This document shows, one piece after another, positions 9,529 through 17,751 of a DNA stretch of 29,178 bases (position 1 is the stretch's first letter; every line of letters begins with the position of its first letter). The stretch comes from a bacterium (GTDB lineage Bacteria; Bacillota_I; Bacilli_A; RFN20; CAG-826): NCBI GenBank assembly GCA_963611005.1, contig CAVDQJ010000006.1:1-29178 (forward strand). Direction: 5' to 3'. Under the pieces are notes generated by a model, which saw only the letters and a program-made list of their open reading frames with translations, ran no database searches and was not told the DNA's origin. A program made the translations under genes and the position numbers.

Positions 9529-10329
9529 CTATTTTTTAAGTTTTTTATAGTCATCGTAAGTTATAAATTCAACGCTTTCTTCGTTTTCAATTCTGATAAC
9601 TCTAGAAAGAATGTTATAACTTGATACCTTATAAGTTGAGCCATTATATTTAACAACAGTGCCAATAGCAGGATAAAGTTTTTTGATTGTTGTATAAGCT
9701 TCATCTTCGAATTTTAAACAACACATAAGTTTTCCGCATTGACCACTTAATTTTGGAATATTAATTGAAAGCATTTGGTTTTTAGCTTTGTTTAATGAAA
9801 CTCCTTCAAATTCTTTTAAGAATGTAGAACAACATAAAGGAAGTCCACAAACTCCAATTCCACCAATTATTTGAGCTCTTTCACGAACATTGACTTGTTT
9901 TAATTCAATTCTACAATGTAATGTAGAAGCTAATAATTTTAATAAATTTCTAAAATCAACTCTATCTGCAGCTATGTAAGTGAATAAAACTTTACTTTTA
10001 TCTAAAGTATATGCACAATCAACTAAATCCATATCTAATTTTTCTTGTTGAGCAAATTTTTCAAAGATTTTTTTAGCGTTTAATGCTTCTTTTTTGTTGT
10101 TTTCATATGTTTGTAAATCACCTTTTGTTGCTTTTCTTGTAATTGGAATAACTTCAAAAGGAGTTTTTACATCCTCTAATAATTTAGGATCTTGAGTAAC
10201 TTTTCCTAATTCAATTCCAACAACAGTAGTAACAACTACATTATCACCAACTTTAATAGATGGATCTTCTGTAGAAAAGAAATAGTTTTTACCTGATTCG
10301 TTAAACGCTACGCTAATACAATATTTCAT
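9529..10329 (-). CDS. ricT: PSP1-domain protein RicT/YaaT (Fe-S subunit of the RicAFT/Y-complex family)
   Basis: RVDFRNLLK.LA....RIEL.Q, GGIGVCGLPLCC, KLSGQCGKLMCCLKFE. Located downstream of holB as in Bacilli. Confidence 0.93.
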   Translation of the reverse strand: MKYCISVAFNESGKNYFFSTEDPSIKVGDNVVVTTVVGIELGKVTQDPKLLEDVKTPFEVIPITRKATKGDLQTYENNKKEALNAKKIFEKFAQQEKLDMDLVDCAYTLDKSKVLFTYIAADRVDFRNLLKLLASTLHCRIELKQVNVRERAQIIGGIGVCGLPLCCSTFLKEFEGVSLNKAKNQMLSINIPKLSGQCGKLMCCLKFEDEAYTTIKKLYPAIGTVVKYNGSTYKVSSYNILSRVIRIENEESVEFITYDDYKKLKK

Positions 10330-10334
10330 AAAAT

Positions 10335-11306
10335 CTATGCTCCAAAAATTTCTTCAATAAGGTTAATAAACATCAATGATGTATTTAAATTATAATTCAA
10401 TTCGTTACGATAATTCATCAACTTTAAAATTGCATCATCAATGTTAATTACATTTTCAACAATTAGTTTAATATATTCTAAAGATTCTTTCATTATTAAG
10501 TTTTCATTTAAAGAAAAACGTAATGATTCTTTAAATAAAACAACTAGTAAATCTAAAAAGAATCTAATAGATTGTTTTGTTTTCAATTTTTTAATAATTT
10601 GAGTTTCAGTATATACTCTTAATTCAACTTTATTAGGTATATATTTAATAAATGTGTCTAGATAATTTAATGCTTCTAAATAGTCCTCATTTTCTGTTTC
10701 TTTTTTAATAGTTTCAGCATCATTATAAAAAAACGATAGTATTTCCGCATTCTTTTTATCAATTGATAAGGATAAACATTCTTCAATTAACTTATTTTGA
10801 TCTAATGGAGAAAAGTGAATAATTTCAGTTCTACTTAAAATTGTAGGTAGAACTCTATATTCATTTTCAGTAGTTAAAAACGCAAAAGTATTTTGATCAG
10901 GTTCTTCTAAAAATTTTAATAATGCATTTGTTGCATCTGGAGCCATATTCTCTACCATGTTGATTATATATACTTTTATACCTAAACTTTCGGTAGCACT
11001 TTGAGAAAATTTCGTTTCTAAATCTCTAATGTTATCAATTTTAATTTGATCTTTTTTTCCATCGATTAATATAAAATCCATATAGTTTCCATCATCAATT
11101 CTTTTAGAAATTATATTTTCTTCATATAGATAGTCTCCAGTTGATGAAAGTAAACATTTAACAAGATATTTAGCTATTTCTAAAAGAGGAGTGCCTGTTG
11201 GACCTGATAATAAATAAGCATGAAAAAAATTGTTATTTTTCAAATAATTTTTAAAAATTTTATATGGTATTTCTTGATATGTTTTTAAATAATTAGCGTA
11301 ATCCAT
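10335..11306 (-). CDS. holB: DNA polymerase III delta' subunit
   Basis: HAYLLSGP.G, IKIDNIRDL, KVYII, NALLKFLEEP and LPTILSR. Located between tmk and ricT. Confidence 0.9.
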   Translation of the reverse strand: MDYANYLKTYQEIPYKIFKNYLKNNNFFHAYLLSGPTGTPLLEIAKYLVKCLLSSTGDYLYEENIISKRIDDGNYMDFILIDGKKDQIKIDNIRDLETKFSQSATESLGIKVYIINMVENMAPDATNALLKFLEEPDQNTFAFLTTENEYRVLPTILSRTEIIHFSPLDQNKLIEECLSLSIDKKNAEILSFFYNDAETIKKETENEDYLEALNYLDTFIKYIPNKVELRVYTETQIIKKLKTKQSIRFFLDLLVVLFKESLRFSLNENLIMKESLEYIKLIVENVINIDDAILKLMNYRNELNYNLNTSLMFINLIEEIFGA

Positions 11307-11919
11307 CTATTTTTTCTTTGATAATTTTATAAGTAGTTTCTACAACTTCATCAAGAGGTTTACTAGCATCGATAACTACATATCTTTTGTTATATCTTTT
11401 GCTTAATTCTAAAAAGGTATCTCTTACTTTGTTATAGAAGTTTAAAGATTCTAAATCTAATCTATTAACTTCTCTATTTTTGTTTTTATTAATTCTATCT
11501 AATCCGATTTGAGGTTCTAAATCAAATAAAATTGTTAAATCAGGAAGGGTGTTTTCAGTAGCGAAAAGATTGATGTTTAAGACTTCATCAACACCTAAAT
11601 TTTTGCCTCCACCTTGATAAGCTAAAGAAGAATCTAAATATCTATCACATAAAACTATTTTATTATCTTTTAATGCTGGCCAAACTTTTTCTACTAAATG
11701 TTGTCTTCTGCTTGCTGCAAAAAGAAGTGCTTCAGTTCTATTATCTAATTCAGTATTAGCTTTGTCTAAAATAACATTTCTAATTTGTTCAGAAATTTTG
11801 ACTCCGCCAGGTTCTCTACTAAGAACGATAGGATAATTTTCATCTAATAATTTTTTATAAATAATATCTGCAACTGTGCTTTTGCCGCTTCCTTCTCCGC
11901 CTTCAAATGTAATAAACAT
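11293..11919 (-). CDS. tmk: Thymidylate kinase
   Basis: MFITFEGGEGSGKST, REPGG, EALLFAASR and LCDRYLDSSLAYQG. Confidence 0.97.
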   Translation of the reverse strand: MFITFEGGEGSGKSTVADIIYKKLLDENYPIVLSREPGGVKISEQIRNVILDKANTELDNRTEALLFAASRRQHLVEKVWPALKDNKIVLCDRYLDSSLAYQGGGKNLGVDEVLNINLFATENTLPDLTILFDLEPQIGLDRINKNKNREVNRLDLESLNFYNKVRDTFLELSKRYNKRYVVIDASKPLDEVVETTYKIIKEKIDGLR

Positions 11920-11931
11920 ATTAAATCCCCT

Positions 11932-12531
11932 TTACTTTAATGTAGTTCTTCCTTCTAATGCTTTTTGAATTGTTAGTTCATCAGTGTAATCTAAGTTACC
12001 ACCCATTTGTAAACCATAAGCTAAACGAGTGATTTTAATATCTTTGTTTTGTAATATTCTAGCTAAATATAAAGCAGTTGTTTCGCCTTCAATTGTTGGA
12101 TTGGTAGCTAGAATAATTTCTTTTATATTTTCTTTATCAATTCTTTCAACTAATTCTTTTATTCTTAAATCGTCTGGTTTAATTCCTTTTAAACTTGAGA
12201 TATCTCCATTTAATACATGATAAATACCTTTAAATGTACCCATTTTTTCAAAATTATAAACATCTTTATAATTAGATAAAACAATACAAGTAGAATGATC
12301 TCGAGTGGTAGAAGTACATATTTCACAAACATTATCTTCAGTTAAAATACCACAATTTGGACATTGATGTATTTTTTCTTTAACTTCTTTAATGTTTTTA
12401 AGTAAGTCTTCAACTTGAGAATCTGGCATATTTAAAATATTAAAAGCCATTCTTTCAGCAGTTTTTCCTCCAATTGAAGGAAAATTTTTAAAAGAAGTAG
12501 TTAATTTATTAATTGAATTTAATTCTTTCAT
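11932..12531 (-). CDS. recR: Recombination mediator RecR
   Basis: HhH PSIGGKTAERMA, Zn finger CPNC...CEIC, Toprim EIILATNPTIEGETTA and TRLAYG. Confidence 0.97.
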   Translation of the reverse strand: MKELNSINKLTTSFKNFPSIGGKTAERMAFNILNMPDSQVEDLLKNIKEVKEKIHQCPNCGILTEDNVCEICTSTTRDHSTCIVLSNYKDVYNFEKMGTFKGIYHVLNGDISSLKGIKPDDLRIKELVERIDKENIKEIILATNPTIEGETTALYLARILQNKDIKITRLAYGLQMGGNLDYTDELTIQKALEGRTTLK

Positions 12532-12839
12532 TAAAACATTCCAGGAGCTGCCATTGATTTAAATTTAGCTGACAATTCTTCGTTAGCTTGATCAATTTTT
12601 TGTTTTGCTCCGTTATATGCTAAAGTAATCATATCTTTTAACATATCTTCATCATCTTTATTAAGAATATCTTTATCTAAAAATTCAATGGAAACTAATT
12701 CCATATTTCCTTTTAAAACGACTTTAACAGCTCCGTTAGCTGTAAAATCAAATTCTGTTTCGTCTAATTTTGCTTGAGCTTTTTCGAATTCTCTTTGCAT
12801 TTTTTGCATGGCTTGAACCATTTGTTGATAACCTGGCAT
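12531..12839 (-). CDS. ybaB: YbaB/EbfC nucleoid-associated protein
   Basis: QKMQ..., GAVKVVLKG and D.EDMLKDMITLAYN. Conserved dnaX-ybaB-recR order; SD AGGAGG. Confidence 0.9.
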   Translation of the reverse strand: MPGYQQMVQAMQKMQREFEKAQAKLDETEFDFTANGAVKVVLKGNMELVSIEFLDKDILNKDDEDMLKDMITLAYNGAKQKIDQANEELSAKFKSMAAPGMF

Positions 12840-12851
12840 ATTTATTTCCTC

Positions 12852-14579
12852 CTAATTAAATTCAATATTATCAATATCAATTTCGCTTGCTTTAGGTAAT
12901 TTATTTAACTGTTGAAGATTTAAGTAATGTTGATACGCAGCAGTTGATCTTCCTCTATCTAAAGCGTAAATATGATATGAATTCCCTGTTATTTTTTTAA
13001 TAATATTAACAAAAGACTTTTGATTTTCTTTTATATTTACTTTCATTGCAGGTGCTTTAAAATCGTAGACAAGGATTATAAATTTATCATTTACTATATA
13101 AGGTCTACCATCTTTTAAAATCATTGCAAATGGAAGTTCATCATCTTCTTTAAAATTGTATAAAGCAGACCAAACATCAATTAAATCACGTTTAAGTTGT
13201 TTATTGCCTGTAACCATAATTTTAACTAAGTCATCATCATTTAATAAATAAGAATCACCTTCAATAGCAACTAAAGTGTTATTTGTAGAAGTTGGAGTTT
13301 GCATAACAGGTTCTTCAATTTTAACTTCAACTTTTTTAGGTTCTGTTTCAGGTTGATTGATAGTTTCTATTTGAATAGAAGTAGGTTTAATTTCTTCAAC
13401 CTTATTTTCTACAATTTCTTCTTTATGAGGAATAACTATAGTTTCTTCAACTTTTTTAGGTTCTACTTTCTTTTCTTCAAAAACTATATTATTTATTGGC
13501 TCTTTTTTAGTTTTAATAGCTTTTAATAAATATATTTCAAATACAAATGAAGGGTTAGAAGATGTTTTAAATTGATTTTTACATTCCATAAATAAATCAA
13601 TTAATGAATTAATATCTTCATCATTAAATAATGAATTAACATATTTTGCATCATCTTCCTTTATATATTCAAGTAAAGTAGAACTATTGGTTTTAGAATA
13701 AACCAAACTATCTTTAAGAATGAGTAAAAGTTCATTTGTTAATCTTGAAATGTCAATGTTTCTACCGATATATTCGTTTGTTTTCTCTAATATTAATGTA
13801 GTTGATTTATTTTGAATTAATTTTAATAAATCTAATTTTTCTTTAACATTAGTTAAACCAAAAACTTTTTCAATGCTGTCTTTTGTTAAATTAGTTCCAC
13901 AATAAGCGATTAATTGATCAAGCAAAGATAAAGCATCTCTAGCTCCACCACTAGCAAGTTCAACGATAGATTCTAAAACACCATTTTCGTATGTAATGTT
14001 TTCGTTTTTTAATACCCTAACTAATAAATTTGTTAAACTTTGATCACTAATTTTTCCAAAATCATATCTTTGACATCTACTTAAAATTGTAGGTAGTAAT
14101 TTATAAGGTTCAGTAGTGCATAATATAAAAACTACGTATTCAGGTGGTTCTTCTAATGTTTTTAAAAGCGCATTAAAAGCATTGTTTGTCATCATATGAA
14201 CTTCGTCAATGATATAAACTTTATATCTTCCCTTTAATGGAGCATATTTAACTTTATCAATTAAATTTCTTACTTCATCAACACCAGAATTGCTTGCAGC
14301 ATCGATTTCAATAACATCAGGGTTATTTCCTTCATTTATTTGAATACAGTTTTCGCAATGATTACATTGATGTCCTAAACCTTCTTCACAATTTAAAGCT
14401 TTAGCAAAAAGTCTAGCAATACTCGTTTTTCCTGTTCCTCTTGGACCACTAAAAAGATAAGCATGTGCTATTTTTTTAGTTATAAATGCATTCTTTAAAG
14501 TTTGAACAATTGCTTCTTGTCCAACTATTTCATCAAATGTTTGACTTCTATACTTTCTATAAAGTGCTAAATAATTCAT
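12852..14579 (-). CDS. dnaX: DNA polymerase III subunit gamma/tau
   Basis: ALYRKYR..TF.EIVGQ, HAYLFSGPRGTGKT, Zn CNHCENC, EIDAASN, IIDEVHM and NALLKTLEEPP. Confidence 0.97.
   Translation of the reverse strand: MNYLALYRKYRSQTFDEIVGQEAIVQTLKNAFITKKIAHAYLFSGPRGTGKTSIARLFAKALNCEEGLGHQCNHCENCIQINEGNNPDVIEIDAASNSGVDEVRNLIDKVKYAPLKGRYKVYIIDEVHMMTNNAFNALLKTLEEPPEYVVFILCTTEPYKLLPTILSRCQRYDFGKISDQSLTNLLVRVLKNENITYENGVLESIVELASGGARDALSLLDQLIAYCGTNLTKDSIEKVFGLTNVKEKLDLLKLIQNKSTTLILEKTNEYIGRNIDISRLTNELLLILKDSLVYSKTNSSTLLEYIKEDDAKYVNSLFNDEDINSLIDLFMECKNQFKTSSNPSFVFEIYLLKAIKTKKEPINNIVFEEKKVEPKKVEETIVIPHKEEIVENKVEEIKPTSIQIETINQPETEPKKVEVKIEEPVMQTPTSTNNTLVAIEGDSYLLNDDDLVKIMVTGNKQLKRDLIDVWSALYNFKEDDELPFAMILKDGRPYIVNDKFIILVYDFKAPAMKVNIKENQKSFVNIIKKITGNSYHIYALDRGRSTAAYQHYLNLQQLNKLPKASEIDIDNIEFN
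13325..13464. repeat. 20-bp exact direct repeat in the dnaX linker, copies 120 bp apart
   Basis: CTTCAACTTTTTTAGGTTCT at 13325-13344 and 13445-13464. Both copies encode EPKKVE on the minus strand. Confidence 0.85.
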
Positions 14580-14649
14580 AAATCTAGTTTAAATTATACA
14601 ATAAAATATACTTATTATAAAGTTTATAATGCTTAGATTTTTGCTATTC

Positions 14650-14671
14650 ATATTTAAATTAATTTAAATAT
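14650..14671. repeat. 22-bp perfect AT-only palindrome in the dnaX/prfA divergent intergenic region
   Basis: ATATTTAAATT|AATTTAAATAT. Confidence 0.8.
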
Positions 14672-14712
14672 TTGTTATTATTTTTAATAGTAAACACGAG
14701 GAGTTTTTAATT

Positions 14713-15786
14713 ATGGATAAAAATATGCAAGATAGACTTGTAGCAAGTGAAAATAGAGTTAAAGAAATTGATGAATTATTAAGTGATCCAAATGTTACTA
14801 ATGATTTAAAACGATTTAAAGAATTAAGTAAAGAAAGAAGTTATCTTGAACCAATTGTAGATAAATTTTTAGAATATAAATTTAATAAAAGTAATATGGA
14901 TGATGCTTTAATTATGAGTAATGATTCTGACCCTGAAATTAGTGCAATGGGAAAAGAAGAATATAAAAATAGTTCAGATAAATTAGTGCAAATAGAAGAA
15001 GAAATTAAAGTTTTATTATTACCTAGAGATCCAAACGATGGAAAAGATATTATTTTTGAAATCAAGGGAGCAGTTGGTGGAGATGAAGCTGATATTTTTG
15101 CCGGTGATTTATTTAGAATGTATATCAAATATTGTGATGCAAAAGGTTTTAAATACAAAATTTTAGATGAAAACCCTTGTGGAGTTGGCGGATATTCTTA
15201 TATTTCTTTTGTTGTTAGTGGAGATGATGCTTATTCACATTTAAAATATGAATCTGGTGTCCATAGAGTTCAACGTGTTCCTAAGACTGAAGCAAATGGT
15301 AGAATCCATACATCAACAGCAACTGTTGTTGTTATGCCAAAACTTGAAGTTAATGATGTTAATATCAGAACTGAAGATTTAAAAGTTGATAGATATAGAT
15401 CTCAAGGAGCTGGAGGACAAAACGTTAATAAAACTGAATCCGCTGTTAGAATTACACATATTCCAACCGGAATTGTAGTTTCATGTCAAACTGAAAAATC
15501 ACAAATTCAAAACCATGAAATTTGTATGGAAATGTTAGCTAGTAAACTTGCTCAATTAGAAATCGAAAAGAAAGAGGCAAGTGAAGCTCAATTTAGAAGC
15601 AAGATCGGTAGTGGTGATAGAAACGAAAAAATTAGAACTTATAACTATCCACAAAATAGAGTCACTGATCATAGAATTGGTTATACAATTCAACAACTTG
15701 ATAGAGTTATGGAAGGTGAATTAGATAGTATTATTGAAGCTTTAATTAACTATGATCAAGAACAAAAAATAGCTGGGAATAAATAA
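14713..15786 (+). CDS. prfA: Peptide chain release factor 1
   Basis: LKYESGVHRVQRVPKTE (PxT motif), GRIHTS, GAGGQ and KIRTYNYPQNRVTDHRI. SD GAGGAG. Confidence 0.97.
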   Translation: MDKNMQDRLVASENRVKEIDELLSDPNVTNDLKRFKELSKERSYLEPIVDKFLEYKFNKSNMDDALIMSNDSDPEISAMGKEEYKNSSDKLVQIEEEIKVLLLPRDPNDGKDIIFEIKGAVGGDEADIFAGDLFRMYIKYCDAKGFKYKILDENPCGVGGYSYISFVVSGDDAYSHLKYESGVHRVQRVPKTEANGRIHTSTATVVVMPKLEVNDVNIRTEDLKVDRYRSQGAGGQNVNKTESAVRITHIPTGIVVSCQTEKSQIQNHEICMEMLASKLAQLEIEKKEASEAQFRSKIGSGDRNEKIRTYNYPQNRVTDHRIGYTIQQLDRVMEGELDSIIEALINYDQEQKIAGNK

Positions 15787-16664
15787 TGAATTTAACAAAT
15801 AGACAAGTTTTTATTAAAACAAAAAAAGAAATTAATGATAAGGAAATTGATGTACCTTCATCAGTTATTAATGATTTACTTTTAAAAGTAAATGGATTTG
15901 AAAGTTTTACTGATTTAATTGTTAATTTTGATAAAGAGATTAAAGATATTGAAACTTTTAATTCGTATTTTGATAGAATAAAAAATGGTGAACCTTATCA
16001 ATATGTAATTAATGAGGCAAATTTTGTAACTCTACCTTTATATGTAGATAAAAATGTTTTAATACCTAGAATTGAAACTGAAGGATTAGTTACGATTGTA
16101 AGAAAAATAATCGAAGACAATAAGATGAATCATGAAACGATAGTTGATATGTGCACTGGTTCAGGATGTATCGCTTTGTTTATGAAATCTATTTATAAAG
16201 ATTCTAAAATCATAGGAACAGATATTGATATTAATGCATTAAATGTTGCAAAAAGAAATAGTAAAGAACTTGCGTTAGATGTTGATTTTATATTAAGTGA
16301 TAAATTAGAACATTTATTAAAAAACCATATTAAATGTGATGTGTTTTTATCAAATCCTCCATATGTTAAGAATAAAGAAGATATTGAAAAGAAAGTACGG
16401 GATTATGAACCTAGACATGCTGTTTATTTAGAAGACAATAATCTTTTTTATGAAGAGTGTTTTAAACATTATAAAGATTTTTTAAATGATAAATTTTTAA
16501 TGGCTTTTGAAATTAATTATGATCAAAAAGATGAATTAACTTCATTAATAGGAAAATATTTTAAAGATGAAACAACAAGTTTTGTATTCTTAAAAGATAT
16601 TTATGGCAAAGATAGATATTTAATTATCGAAGGAGGCTATGATGTTAATTATTTCGAAATGTGA
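15786..16664 (+). CDS. prmC: Release factor glutamine methyltransferase
   Basis: GEPYQY, VLIPRIETE, DMCTGSGCIA and SNPPYV. Follows prfA; ends in TGA. Confidence 0.95.
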   Translation: MNLTNRQVFIKTKKEINDKEIDVPSSVINDLLLKVNGFESFTDLIVNFDKEIKDIETFNSYFDRIKNGEPYQYVINEANFVTLPLYVDKNVLIPRIETEGLVTIVRKIIEDNKMNHETIVDMCTGSGCIALFMKSIYKDSKIIGTDIDINALNVAKRNSKELALDVDFILSDKLEHLLKNHIKCDVFLSNPPYVKNKEDIEKKVRDYEPRHAVYLEDNNLFYEECFKHYKDFLNDKFLMAFEINYDQKDELTSLIGKYFKDETTSFVFLKDIYGKDRYLIIEGGYDVNYFEM

Positions 16665-17250
16665 TTATAAAAAAGCCGTAACTGTTTTAAAAAATGGTGG
16701 ATTGGTTGCTTTTCCTACTGAAACTGTTTTTGGTCTTGGTTGTTTAGCAAGTAAAGAAGAATGTTTTAATCAATTATGTAAAGTTAAAAAAAGACCCGCT
16801 GATAAGCCTTTCACATTGATGTGCTCATCGATTGAACAAGCTAAGCCTTATGTTGAAATCGATGAAACTGCATTAAAAATTATAAAGAAGTTTTTTCCAG
16901 GTCAATTAACTTTGATATTAAAAGCTAAAGAAGGAATTAAAGATTATTTAGATTTAAAAACTGGTTATATTGGAATAAGAATTCCTGATGATGAATTTGT
17001 ATTAAATATGATAAGCGAAATTGGTGAACCATTACTCGTAACTAGTGCTAATATTTCTGGTCAACCTGTTGCATTAAATGATGAAGATGCACTTAAATAT
17101 TTTAAAGATAAAATAGATATAATTGTTAAAGGTCATGGATATAGCAATGTACCTTCAACAGTTGTAATGCTTAAAGATAATAAATTAAATGTTTTAAGAC
17201 AAGGAATTATTAAAAAAGAACAATTGGAGGATGCAATAAATGAAAAATAA
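16639..17250 (+). CDS. tsaC: L-threonylcarbamoyladenylate synthase (YrdC domain only)
   Basis: VAFPTETVFGL, K.RP..KP, PGQLTLIL, GIRIPD and TSANISG. SD AGGAGG at 16631-16636 may favour ATG 16642. Confidence 0.93.
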   Translation: MMLIISKCDYKKAVTVLKNGGLVAFPTETVFGLGCLASKEECFNQLCKVKKRPADKPFTLMCSSIEQAKPYVEIDETALKIIKKFFPGQLTLILKAKEGIKDYLDLKTGYIGIRIPDDEFVLNMISEIGEPLLVTSANISGQPVALNDEDALKYFKDKIDIIVKGHGYSNVPSTVVMLKDNKLNVLRQGIIKKEQLEDAINEK

Positions 17251-17692
17251 TTTAAAAATTGTTATTGGTTCAGATCATGGTGGATTTGAATATAAAACCG
17301 AAATAATTAAAGAATTAAAGAAAGATGGATATGAAGTTATAGATGTAGGTACAAATAGTAAAGATAGTTGTAATTATGCTGAATTTGCTATTAAAGCTGC
17401 ATTAAAAGTATCATCAAAAGAAGCTGATTATGGAATATTAATTTGTAATTCTGGTGAAGGAGTTGCAATAGCAGCTAACAAAGTTAAAAATGTTAGATGT
17501 GGTATCGGATACAATGATGAAGTCGCTATGTTAATAAAACAACACAATAATGCAAATATGATATCATTTGGTGCTCATTTTACTTCATTAGATGATGTTA
17601 TTAAAAGAATTAAAATATTCTTAAATACAGAATTTGAAGGCGGAAGACACGAGACTCGTGTTAATACAATTATAAATTTTGAAAATAAATAA
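17240..17692 (+). CDS. rpiB: RpiB/LacA/LacB-family sugar-phosphate isomerase (ribose-5-phosphate isomerase B)
   Basis: IGSDHGG, GILICNSGEG, AANKV, HNNAN and FEGGRH..RV. Confidence 0.92.
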   Translation: MKNNLKIVIGSDHGGFEYKTEIIKELKKDGYEVIDVGTNSKDSCNYAEFAIKAALKVSSKEADYGILICNSGEGVAIAANKVKNVRCGIGYNDEVAMLIKQHNNANMISFGAHFTSLDDVIKRIKIFLNTEFEGGRHETRVNTIINFENK

Positions 17693-17705
17693 AATTTTAT
17701 ATGTT

Positions 17706-17751
17706 AAAACCTCCTCAAACTTAACGTCTTGTTAAGTGAAGGAGGTTTTTT
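17706..17751 (+). terminator. Terminator-like hairpin after rpiB whose 3' arm contains the comFA Shine-Dalgarno
   Basis: AAAACCTCCT (17706-15) pairs with AGGAGGTTTT (17740-49). Inner stem ACTTAAC/GTTAAGT with a GTCTT loop. T6 run at 17746-17751. Confidence 0.8.

Noticed and set aside
13440..13515. dnaX -1 frameshift (A AAA AAG) producing a gamma subunit
   Set aside because: The A-runs are phased T AAA AAA G, not A AAA AAG. No long A9 run or clear downstream hairpin was seen.
14580..14712. SRP RNA (scr/ffs), often found upstream of dnaX
   Set aside because: The region is almost purely AT, with no GC-rich stem or SRP loop motif.
15390..15490. Gene conversion between the prfA and prfB GGQ regions (shared GAGGQNVNK and [16 protein letters not shown])
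   Set aside because: Synonymous positions differ repeatedly between the two genes, so the similarity is explained by protein-level conservation.
17693..17751. ComK box or SigX cin-box (TACGAATA) upstream of comFA
   Set aside because: No convincing match was seen.
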